From the NCBI GenBank assembly GCA_028023455.1, contig JAQFVV010000004.1:23126001-23190000 (forward strand): a DNA stretch of 64,000 nucleotides, written 5' to 3'. Numbering within the stretch: position 1 is the first letter of the stretch; each line of letters starts with the position of its first letter. Shown here piece after piece: positions 52,274 to 64,000 of the stretch. The translations under genes were made by a program, and so were the position numbers. The notes under the pieces were generated by a model that was given only the letters and a program-made list of their open reading frames with translations, had not been told where the DNA came from and did no database searches. The DNA comes from Epiperipatus broadwayi. Its lineage: Eukaryota; Animalia; Onychophora.

Positions 52274-54724
52274 TTAAAATAATAAACATCTGTTTAAATT
52301 GGTAGGAAAATGGTATAGATTATGTGTTTGATACATAATCTGAATGCTCATTTAACGTTCTTTTGAATAACTATAATTTTCCTAATTTCCCCCCCCCCCC
52401 AAAATGACATATTTTTAAGATTATTTTATCATCACAAATTCACAATATGAAACTATGAGTGCTTTTAATTAAAGTATTAATAATTATATTTTCATTATTA
52501 AAAATAATGTGATTACTTTACAGTTTGAGCTTTTAAATTATAATTTATTAATTCTTATTTTTTAATAAATGTTTGAGAAAAAATTATTATGACCTAATTT
52601 TTATTTTATTAGAACCAAGCCCCCCTCACATGCTTTCAATACTGGCAGCATCATTGTAATCATAATTTTATGAGGAATATAATAAACCTATTATTAAAAT
52701 TCCCAATTTACAAATAAAAAAAAATAAAAACATGTAAATTGTTTTATTTATGTTAATAAATATGTTCTTAACTGGACTACTTTTCATACTATGATAACTT
52801 TACAGTAATATATACTGTACTTCATCTTTGCATCATATGGCTTCAAGTTGTGAACATTTTATCTTCAACCAAATGAAGATTTAATCATCGTGATTAAAGT
52901 TGTGTTTAAATGCATACCAGCAGCTAAAAATGCCCAGAAAAAAAAAAAAAAGTAACAGCTAGATCAGTTGCCTATTATATCTGCAGATCTCCTGTAGCAG
53001 TGATTAAAACTTTATTCTGTGATTATTGGTCAGACAAAAATATTCATGTCCGCCCCAAATATAAAAACAATAGATATAAAGATTATAATTAATGTAAGTT
53101 AAAATCTGACTACAATTAAATATGAAAACAGACATCACTCAAAATTTAAAAGAAATATGAAAAAAAACAATGGATTGAAAAATGAGCGTTCACTACAGAC
53201 ACTATAGGAATCACAAGTAACTAACAAACAAAAAAATGCCAATGATATTTACATGATCCATAATTTGAGAAACATTGACTTATAGCATCCCTTTTCATCT
53301 TTTCAAATCTTGATGTTGAAATAAATAAGCACCCCTTAACATCCATTATTCAGACAAGCCTTTATTATTAATATACTTTTTAAAGTTTTAATTTGGTTAA
53401 ATAGTAAATTTCATTATATAATTTCAACTAACTGCATATAGCTCATGTGATTTAAAGAATATGTAATGTATTTTAATGCGCAAACGCAAAATTTGAGCTG
53501 AGAATTTTTTTTAAAATTAAAATTAATAAAAAATATTATTACACTAACATATTTAAAATTTTTGTTTCCAATAACAGAAATTTAAAAGCGACTTTATTAA
53601 TTCTTTATGTCATTTTTTTTTACCACTAAAAAAAATCATTTTGTTTAAAATTATTGATTATTTCTATATACTTTTTAAGCATAAGTTTTCATAAAATCTA
53701 AAATAATTTTAAAATTAAAAAAATAAATAAAGAACAATAGCTAAAATGCAGGATTTCAAAATTAAAAAAAGATTTTGACAGAAGACTGATCTGGTTGACA
53801 TCACAAATATGCAATTGACTATTTTTTATGCAATATATTTTAAATAAAAATATAATATACACATTTAATATACAGTATTTTGAGGAATAAATATTCAACA
53901 ATTTTAAAAATAAACAAACGAATAAAATCGTTGCAAATTCATTTATAATTTAATTCAAAGGGCAATGCAATATTTGTATGGCTGTGATTTAATTCTCTAA
54001 GATGAATGTTTCTAATAACTCAAAAACTTTGCGTTTAGAGATTTATTATAACTAAAAATTGAATAAAGTTTATAACATTAATAAAGGCAATGGGAAAAGC
54101 AACAATATCACCATTCATTAGAAATAAGATGTTTCATTCATGGCTAACATTTTGTTAATAGTATAGATTCTAATTTTAACAATCGAAAATTAGGGGGGGG
54201 TTTCTTGGTTGTGGCACCATTTATAGATAATAAAGTCAATATAACACATATAATAAGGGAAACAAAAGTAAATTAAGCAGTTATCCAATAATTACTCTAA
54301 ATCAAAAAAAAAGCTGAGAAAATTTGAATTAAAAAAAATTCTGTTAATAAAAGTTTTACTTTGCTTAGTTATTATTTTTAAATTATACAAACTTTTTCTA
54401 TTACTTATAATCCCTTTATCTATAATTATTTAATTATATCGATTCACAGCATTAATCTGAAAAAAAATATTAATTATCTAGATATAACTCATTTTATTCA
54501 CATTTAGTAGTTCTGACTTGTCAATATTTACTAATGTAAGAACAAATTTTTCATTATACAACTATTAAAATAATTTACTTCCATTTTTTCCTTTCCATAT
54601 TTTTATTATATGATCACATTTAAAACAAAATTGTTAATGCAAGAAATTAAGTGCGATAAAATCATGTCTTATGACAATCACATAAATATTATTCCAAAAT
54701 GACCTATCATCTGTTTGGATTTTT

Positions 54725-56848
54725 CAAGCTATTCATTATTGTCGTAACAATTTGTAAATATGGATAAAAAATTAAAAATACACCTGGGTCTCATTTTACG
54801 CGATAGATAGGTTTCTCAGAAAACACACACAAATGAAATCGTGCAAAAATAGACACAACTTACATTGAAAAAGGGGGTGTGTGCGGTCTGTGATTTTTCA
54901 AAATTCGCGTAAAAGCAAAGCACCAACGTAAAATTGCTTTAAAATTCGCGCAAAAAAAAATAAGGAAATAAAATATGACTAATAAAAAATTTCAAATTTG
55001 GAAAAAATTGATAAGACAAACTTTTTTTAAGTATAATATTTAATTTTATTCAAAATAATATATTTTTATGCATAATTTACAGTACAGTAATTTACATTTT
55101 TTTATACACGTTTCAATTATCGCTATTTGCCGAAAAACACGTTCGTTTGCAAACTGGTAAAAAAATTCAAATTTTTCACAAGAGGAAATACAACTAGCGC
55201 CAACTTCACACTCATGTTGTGTCAATGGTTTTCTGGTGACAATGTAATTAGTAATTAATCTTTGAGACAATGATTTTATTGTTTATGAAACTAACAACTA
55301 AAAATTAAATTCTTATTTCTGTCTTTAATTTTCAATTCCGTTTAAAAATCAAATTTCACATCATATTAATTTCAAGTTGCTATAAGTAATTTTTAAATTG
55401 TTAACTACAATTAAAAATCAGATTTTAATGTTTAATTGTCAAATTTAATTGTGCCCACTGCTATTATTCACCTTTTAAAAATAAACTTGTGGACACTAAA
55501 TGATTAATAATTGTTTTTTAAAAAGCAAAAACAGAATGTGATTTAAAATGCAAAATTAACGCACGTTTGAACAAATTTACATTATAATCTTGTAAAATTT
55601 AATGTGTGTATACATAAAATGTGGAAATCATGATTTTAATTTCATTATTGCATAAAATCTTACTATTATAAAGCACCGAAAATATTGAAATTACTAAGAT
55701 GAAAGTCTAATTCCAATAATGTGCTATTACTTTCAATATAATGTAAGCGCGCTAAATTTATTATTTAAAGTAATAGCGCATTATCAGAGTTCGACTTCCG
55801 GTGAAACATGAATTGCGTAACTTCAAAATCGTGTTAAATAAGTCCACGTAAAAGGAGACCCAGGTGTAATCTGATCAAAATATAGAAAGCTAAAAATCTC
55901 TGGATTTTACCAAAAAAAAAAAATAATAATAATTATAATTCGAAATATAAATTATCCCAAATGTTTAAATTTGCCATTGTAACAGCCATGAATACTTTTA
56001 ATTTCAAAGCAACATGTAAATAAGCTTTATATACACTATACAGTATTTTTAATGTTTAATTTATTTTTTGAATACAATAGTCTTTCTTTTCATGTATGAA
56101 TATAAATAAAAAATAATTAGAGGATAAGATTACACATAAAAAGTGATACATATAGAGAAAAAATTAAAAATGGAGAAACTGAAAAATAATTACCGAATAA
56201 GATTACAAGTATAAAAATCCTTGAAAAGTGATTATACATAATATATTTGGGACAACTTTAAAATGAAAGGAGGTAGTTCTTAAAAATAATTTTGAGTGAA
56301 CTTGCAAATACTGGATACTAAAAGAATATACTTAATAATTCAAGCTATTCATTATTGTTGTAATAATTTGTAAAGATGGATAAAAAATTAAACAAAATCT
56401 GATTTAAATATAGAAAGCTAGAAATCTCTGGATTTAACCCCAAAAAAAAATAATTATAATTCGAAATATAAATTATCCCAAATGTTTAAATTTGCCATTG
56501 TAACAGCCAAGAATACTTTTAATTTCAAAGCAACATGTAAATAAGCTTTATATACAATATACAGTATTTTTAATGTTTAATTTATTTTTTGAATACAATA
56601 GTCTTTCTTTTCATGTATAAATATAAATAAAAAATAATTGGCGGATAAGATTACACATAAAAAGTGATACATATAGAGAAAAAATTAAAAATGGAGAAAC
56701 TGAAAAATAATTAACGAATAACATTACAAATATAAAAATCCTTCAAAAGTGATTATACAGAACATATTTGAGAGAACTTTAACCTGAAAGGAGGTAGTTC
56801 TTAAAAATAATTTTGAGAGAACTTATAAATATTAGATACTAAAGGAAT
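54725..56848 (+). repeat. Tandem duplication of an about 510-bp unit; the first copy is interrupted by the MITE
   Basis: Unit 1 = 54725-54780 plus 55869-56340; unit 2 = 56341-56848. Both start caagctattcattattgt. Confidence 0.9.
54781..55866 (+). mobile_element. Tigger/pogo-like MITE, copy 3
   Basis: TA|CACCTGGGTCTCATTTTACGCG ... CACGTAAAAGGAGACCCAGGTG|TA. Confidence 0.92.
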
Positions 56849-57093
56849 CTACTTAACAACTGATGAGGAAAAAATGTCACTTTATTGTATATTTTAATTC
56901 AGTTTTTGTGTGCATTTAACCAATAGAATTTTGTGTATTAAAATTAATAATCGAATCTTTAAAATTAAACAATGGAGGAAAGAAAAAAATAACAAAGCCT
57001 ATTGAATACTTCAAAGATTAGAAAGACTGAAAATATAAATCTTAATAAAAATACTTTCACAGTAGGGACAAAGCTATTTGTGATTTGCATTAA

Positions 57094-58883
57094 CGGCTTG
57101 AGTAGTTGCAGCTTGATAGCCGCTAGCGGCAGCTCATTCATTGAAATTTTTTCTTTGTAAGATTGCGTGAAAACTATACGCATGATTTCAGCAGAAATCC
57201 TGCCAATAGCTGTTTGAATTGCTTTTTAAAATGGCATATTGTATATTAAAATCAGGCAAATTTTAATTTTTTATTAATATTTTTCTTAGTAGATTCATGT
57301 AATATTGCGTGAAAGCTATAAGCATATCAACAGAAATCCTGGCATTCGTTGCTGTTTGCATTGCTTTTTAAAATGGCATATTTATATTAAAATCAGACAA
57401 AATTTAATTTTTTATTAATATTTTTCTTAGTAGGTCCATTTAATTTTTTTTCTTTTCTGCTCAGTTTACTACATTGCACAAAGAAGACAAAAGCACAATT
57501 TTCGTTTCGGCAAGACTTTGAAGTAAAATGGATTAAGTGTCTCGATGATACATGGCCATCATCCCAATAAAAACGTAATATTGTTAAATATTCAATTTTA
57601 ATTTTATTTGGTATTTTAAATTTTTCTATTATTTGCATAGTATCATTTTAATTTTTTTTATTTTAGAAATTATAATTTATTAATGTGTTTGTATTTGTGT
57701 GTACTATATAAATTATATTTGTATTCCAATATAACGTAGTTTATGTATAATGTAATTTTGGGGCTCGTAAGTATTTTACTTAAATGTTTTTTTATTATTT
57801 GTGTAGTATTTTAAATTTTTATATTATTAGCATAGTTTGATTATTTTTATAAATTATAATTTATTAATGTATTTGCGTTTGTATTAGTATGTGTAGTATA
57901 TAAATTATACTTATATTCCAATATAATGTAATGATTTATGTACAATGTAATTTTAAGACTCTGATCCAAGTTTGAGGCAATCTTATTTTAAACATAAGGT
58001 TTAATAATTTATTAATGTGCTTATATATTTATTAGTGTGTTTGCACTTCTATGTCTGTATTTATATAGCAAGTAATAATTTATATATATAAAATTAAGGT
58101 ATGATAGAGCAGTGGGAATATAAATTTTAACTGATTATCAGATATACAGAAAGGATGTAGTGACAATTTAGTGGTCATAGTATCATGTGAAAATATAAAC
58201 TCTTAAAACCAATAGAAAGGGTTTTCAAGTGATGTGTGTGATGATGACCACAATGGTTACGTATACCACATGGAATTGTATTCAGGCAAAGAATCATATC
58301 CTGACTCTTGCCTATCCTTGGTACTCATGCAATGGTGTCCAGTAATTTTGTAACAATTTGCATCACATTATTTTCAAGTCTATAGCTAGCAAATGAGCTA
58401 TATGCAAATAAATTATATCTGTGGGATAATAAATATAACAAGATAGTATCACTGGTATGCACAAAGAATATAAACATAACTGGGGTATACAAAAAATATA
58501 AAATGAAGAGATGAAACTTATTTCATCATTGATACAGAGAGTAGCCTTCAATTTCTAGTTTTGGATAGACAAGAAGCCAATTGCTATGATGACAAATGCA
58601 TAGTCACCTTCTGGAAATGATTTAATTTCTATCTTTTATTAGGATGAATCTTTTTCTTATAGACGCCTTAAGATTTTTTAACTTTTGGGGTACAAGATAA
58701 AAATGAAGAATTCTTACGAGACTAATTATTTCAGATGTTGAAATTTTTTTTTTCCTTACTTTTTTAATGGTAATCACTATTTGTATTAGCCTAGACTATT
58801 TTCTATCAATGTAAAGCTTTTTCCTCTAACACTATGAAAACTGAAGTTATTATGAAAATTGTATCTCAAGTCCCTTAAACTAG
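57094..58883 (+). mobile_element. piggyBac family 1, copy B, with transposase remnants
   Basis: TTAA at 57090-57093 and 58884-58887. Frames give DPSLRQSYF, KYKLLKPIER.GF..CDDDHNGYVYHMELYSGKE, LFSSL*LANELYANK, LVL/WIDKKPIAMMTNA. Confidence 0.85.
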
Positions 58884-59999
58884 TTAAATAATAGCAGAGT
58901 TGCTTATCTTCTTGTGTTAGGTTAAAAATTGAATTAACAGAAATTAAAATTTTGATTTTCTAATGTACTATCAATTTATTTGTAGAGTGTGCAATTTAAA
59001 TAAATTATTCAAGATGTCTTCACATATAAACTTTAGATTGACAGGTGAAAAAAGGGTTGATTTAAAGAGGGTAAAAACCTTAAATTTCTGAGTATAAGTA
59101 CCAAATTGTTTCCAGAAATGTTGATTAAATAGAGATGTTTTTTATTCAACATACAGCGGGTTAACCCCCCCCCCCCCAATAAACACATAAGTGCACTTGA
59201 ATTTACTCAGTAAATATCATAATTACTAGAAAGATATTGCAATATAATTTGAGGATTTGAGGAGAGGGAGGGGAGTATTTCAGCTATGAATAAATTAAAG
59301 ACTAATTATTTTAGCAAAAATTTAATATTAAGTGAAAGTAAAAATCCAGAAAATTGATTGTTTTACATTTTGTACAAAAAATAATAACTGAATTACTCTT
59401 TGAGCATAAAGAAAACCAGATTTAGTTTAGATTGTTACTGAATCTGAATAATACAATGATTTTTCTTGTTCACATTGTTTTTATTAAAAAAATATGTGAT
59501 GTGTGATGGGGAAGTGCTGATATACATTTAAAAATTAAATTAGATGTGTTGTGGAGAAATGCTAATATTTAAAAATTAAATTAATAACAATTAATTAAAG
59601 CTATTAAACTTTCAAACTATAGTGAAGTTAGAGAAATATTCAACAACACAGATCATGTGATAAGTGGTTCTAAAAACTTAAGTTTAATTTGTGAATATTC
59701 TAAATATGGATATAATATACATTTGTACTGCTTTAAATAAATTATTAATAAATATAACTTCTTTAAAGAGCGCAGAATTATTGATATTATATATACAAAC
59801 ACTAAATGGGTCTAGATTAGAATACACTAGTATATTCCATTCCAATTTAATCACAAGATTAACAAAATTCAAATTTACAAAAGCATTCATAAAATGGCAA
59901 TACTATAAATTTTGTCACACATATTTTTGATATATAGTTTTTGGTATTAATTTCATAATATACTATCCACTGAAATGTTAAATATAAAAATGTTAGAAC

Positions 60000-61265
60000 A
60001 TTTAACCCAGAAAAGATAGACATGTTTATAATTTTTAGCTTTTATTCATGCTAAGCATGCTTTCAATACATTAGGTATCATAATCAAAACTCTTAAGATT
60101 ATGAATTGTTTTTATGTAAAGTTACTAGTTATTTTTGTATTTAAATTTATTATTCAAATATATGTAAAATTCTTTAGAGAACCTACTTTTTTGGCAGAGG
60201 TATGTTAGTTTCTTTTTTATTTATAGCAAATTCATCCTTTGTTATTGTCCAAGTCTCCTTGTTCTTTCTTTTTCTATTCTCTCTTTCAATACAAATGACA
60301 TCCGTTTTGGAGATCAAATGTATAGCCCGATTGTTGCTCATGTTTTAAATGGACTTATATAAAAAAATTGTGTTGAGTCAGCCTTGTAGACAAGTTTGCC
60401 CTAGTCTCTCCATAATAGGCAGATTTACAATCGCTTTGGTGCAATTAATTTTATAAACTATTTGATGAGTTAATTCCTTAATAAATTTATCTTTCAAATT
60501 ATTCAACAGTTTAGTGAAGGAGGGAAGCAAAAACATATTTTTCTGAACAAATATTTTTTAATTTTTGAGCCACCTTTGGTACATATTTTGTTCTCACTAG
60601 AAAGAGGTGAACTGGTTTATTTAGTTTGCTATAAAATCTTTCTATTGTGTTATAAATTTTCTTGATGTTATATCCTATGTCTTTAAATCTCTGATGTACG
60701 AGTCGATATTGTTTTTCCAATATATTTCGAATTTATAATTTTACATTTTTGTAAAGGATACTTTTAAGACTGGCATATTTATGGGCCATAGGGGTTAAAG
60801 ATTTGGGATGAATGATGATAGGTTTTAGAGCCATTCTGTAATTTGAAGTGTCATCCTGCCTTCGCGTGTCAATATCCAAAAATTTAATACTTTGGTTTTT
60901 ATCTTCTTTTTCAATGGTCCAAGTTAAAAAAGATAGTCTGTTCAATTTTTTGTGATGAATTTATTATTGTGTTTTAAATCTTTGAGAGGTATAGATTATA
61001 TATAATCCCACTAATGGCAGCCCCATTAGCTATATGTAATCCATTCCATAGTGTTTATTCACTGCAGCGATATCTTTGCTGATCAATTTTAATACCTACA
61101 TTATGAAATTTTTATATGTGTTGTAATTAACCTGTTGTAACATTTCATAAATAATCTCTATTGATTTTAAATAAGGAACCAACCCATGGAGTTATTTAGC
61201 ATCTGAGGAGGCTATTTTGCTGTTATCTACAAGTTTCTAATTTTACCTATTAACTCATATAATGA
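60000..61265 (-). mobile_element. Penelope-like element 3, left arm (RT motifs, thumb, GIY-YIG, 3' UTR)
   Basis: ..MGLPLSGII..LYL, TWTIEKEDKNQSIKFLD, IHPKSLTPMAHKYA, QIVYKINC..GETRANLSTRLTQH. Confidence 0.88.
60047..60092 (-). ncRNA. Decayed hammerhead-like motif in PLE3 3' UTR
   Basis: Minus strand GAGTTT-TTGATTA-T-GATAC-ctaat-GTATT-GAA-AGCATGCT-T-AGCATG: 5-bp stem II, palindromic 8-nt stem III; stem I is eroded and position 3 is U. Confidence 0.5.
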
Positions 61266-61279
61266 CTTTATCATGTATG

Positions 61280-64000
61280 AACAAAAATCCAAATCTTTGG
61301 CTAACCAAGTCGCAATCATTTTTAGTCTATTATTAGTCTTAATGGAAAGTTCTCTTTATGTAGTTTTATGTTTGCAACTATAAATGAATTCATAGATAAA
61401 ATTAGAAACTTGAAGAACAAAATAGCTTCCTTAGACATTAAAAAACTTTATGGGTCAGTTCCTCGTTTAAAATCAATAAAGGTTATTTATAAAATGTTAA
61501 TTACAACACATATAAAAAAGATTTCACAAATGAAGTATTAAAATGCATCAGCGAAGACATTATCGCCACAGTAAATGAAAAAACACTATCAAATGGATTA
61601 TGAATGGCCGATGACGCTGCCTTTCAGTGGGATTATATCTAGTCTATACCTCTCAAAAATTGAAAACAGAATCATACCAAAGTCTGTATTCCTACCAACC
61701 AACATACTGTACATTAGATATATATAGATGATGTGATCTGTGCTTACAAAGAAACAGCAATCACTGAAAATTCATCAAAAACTACAACAGACATCTTTAA
61801 CTTGGATCATTGAAAAAGAAGATAAATCCAAAGTATTACATTTTTGGATACTGTCATACAAAGGTAGGGTTGACACTTTAGAAAGTTTCGTGGTTTATAG
61901 CGGTGACACAGCTCTGTGGTGGCATGTGTTTTTAAAATGACATAAAAACTACTAGCATGATATCAACAGAAATTACGGCATTTGCTTCGTTTTTAAATTC
62001 TCATTAGAATGACATATATTATGTTGAAATCCAAAAAAAAAATTATTTTTTATGAATATTTTTATCTGTACCTTCATTTAATTTTTTATTAAGTTTATTA
62101 TTTTTCATGGAGAAAGTAAAGACAGAAATTTTTAAACGGCCAGAGAAATTATGAAAATGGATTAAAAATGTGCGGTAATTTTTCATGTCAAGCCCTTCAA
62201 AACGTAATTAGAATAGCTCGTAAGTATTAAAATTTTTTTTTTAATTATTTGAATAGTAGTTTATGTAATTTTGAGGCTTTGAATTAGAATATTGTGTCGT
62301 AAGTATTAAAAAAAAATTTTTTTAATATTGAAACATTTTTTTTATTTTATTTATTTGAATAGTAAATTTTTTAAAAATATTTGATAAATTTATGTTGGCG
62401 TTTGTATTGATGTCTGTGTAGTATATAATTAAACATTTGTATTCAAATACAACAAAAATAGTTTATGTAACTTTGGAGGTTTGAATTAGAATATCGGTCG
62501 TAAGTAAAAAAAAATTTATTTTTAATTATTTGAATAGTACATTTTTTACAATTATTTGATAAATGGTATGTTTTTGTTTGGATTGATGTCTGTGTAGTAT
62601 ATAAATTTAAACATTTGTATTCAAATACAACAGAAATAGTTTATGTAATTTTGGGGCTCTGATCTAAATTTAGACAATCGTATTTTCTAGACATAATGAT
62701 TCTCAAAAGGTTTAATAATTTATTCCTGTGTTTATATTTATATTACTGTGTTTGCAATTACAGATTTGTGTTTATATAACAAGTAATGTCTATACATATA
62801 TAAAATTAAGGTATTATAGAACAGTACAATATAAATTTTAGGATTATCAAATATACAGAAATTTTGCAGTTGACAAAGCAATCACAAAATTTACTGAGCA
62901 TAGTACCGTGTAAAAATTTAAACACTTATAACCAACAAAGAAAGATTTCAAATGGTGTGGGTTGAAGATAACCATAATAGTTATGTATATACCACATGAA
63001 ATTGTATGCAGACAAAGAAACAAGTTCTGATTTTTGCCTATGCCTTGATACTCATGCTGTGGTGTCAGTAGTGTTGCCACATCTTGCATCACATTATTTT
63101 CAATTCTATAGCTAGCAAATGACTTATATGCAAATAAATTATATCTCTGTGGAATAATAAATATAACAAGATAACATAACTGGTGTGTATAAAGAATATA
63201 AACATCACTGATGTACACAAAAAATATAAAAATGAAGGGATGAAACTCATTTTATCAGTAATACAGATAGTAACCTACAATTTCTAGTTTTAGATAGACA
63301 AGAAGCCAATTGCTATGATGATAAATGCATATTCATCTTCTGGAAATGATTTGTTTTGTATCTTTTATTAGGATGAACCTTTTTCTTATAGATACCTTTG
63401 AGATTTGTCACCTTTGGGGTACAAGATAAAAATGAAGAATTCATATGCGACTTATTCTGGAGATTCTGAAGCTATGGATTCTCTTAGGTAAGAAGTATTA
63501 TATATGGTTTGAAAGATAATTTTGTGAGGAATGCAAAGAAATTGTCTATAAGGACGTAATTTAAACTTAGTTAATAATAAATTAGAACCTATGAACAAAC
63601 AATAAAGTAATAATTACATCGAATGTTGAAATTTTTTCCTTATTTTTTAAATGGTTATCACTATTTATCTTAGCTTATTGCTTTCCTTAGTTTTTCTAGT
63701 TTCTATCAATGTAAAGCTTTTTGCCCTAATATTATGAAAACTGAAGTTATTGTGAAAATTGTGACTCAAGTCAGTTTCTTAAAAGTTCAATATGGCGTCA
63801 AGGATAGTGAACTAGTTAAACTATAGAATGGCACTAAAACCTATAAACATCAGAGAAATCATACATCCCAAATCTTTAACTCCTATGGCCCATAAATATG
63901 CAGTCTTAAAGGTATCCTTTACAAATGTAAACTATAAATTCAAAATAGATCGGAAAAACAATGTCAAAGTATACATGAGATTTAACAAACATGGGATATA
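61280..64000 (+). mobile_element. Penelope-like element 3, right arm (interrupted by piggyBac copy C, runs off the window end)
   Basis: IASLDIKKLYGSVP (RT motif A), Y.DD region tacattagatatatatagatgatgtg, LTWIIEKEDKS to about 61877; resumes at 63820 with YRMALKP..IHPKSLTPMAHKYA. Reverse complement of the left arm. Confidence 0.85.
61882..63815 (+). mobile_element. piggyBac family 1, copy C, inserted into PLE3
   Basis: TTAG (61878-61881) and TTAA (63816-63819) flanks. FWGSDLNL..IMILKR|F, YKIKVL..YRNFAVDKAITKF (first catalytic D), PTKKDFKW, IDKKPIAMM, YCENCD. Confidence 0.85.

Noticed and set aside
61882-63815. Helitron interpretation of the repeat family (ends in CTAG|T)
   Set aside because: TTAA TSDs, short TIRs and piggyBac catalytic motifs explain it; there is no 5' TC end or 3' hairpin.

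Overview
Very AT-rich eukaryotic DNA, probably from an invertebrate (arthropod-like X11 sequence; inference). I cannot support any intact host gene in this window; it is a nest of decayed transposable elements and retrocopies. DNA transposons: a Merlin/IS1595-like element (0.44-2.86 kb), a mariner fragment, three copies of a TTAA-flanked piggyBac family whose transposase appears to carry spliceosomal introns (15.3, 57.1, 61.9 kb), a second piggyBac derivative filled by a 162/197-bp tandem array (50.1-52.3 kb), three Tigger/pogo-like MITEs, and an unclassified TTAA/TIR element (30.7-32.5 kb). Retroelements: a 5'-truncated RTE LINE, older LINE remnants, tRNA-derived SINEs, and three Penelope-like elements (PLEs), two arranged as head-to-head inverted pairs. 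Within 4 kb (4.4-8.3 kb) lie intronless fragments of PGM, X11/Mint and RPRD1, the last two fused head-to-head. The most interesting signal is that each of the three divergent PLEs ends in a minimal type-I hammerhead-like motif with a palindromic stem III and the same non-canonical core: U at position 8 in all three, A at position 3 in two (in place of C3-G8), plus an extra U next to stem II. All protein assignments are from manual translation and motif recall, not database searches.
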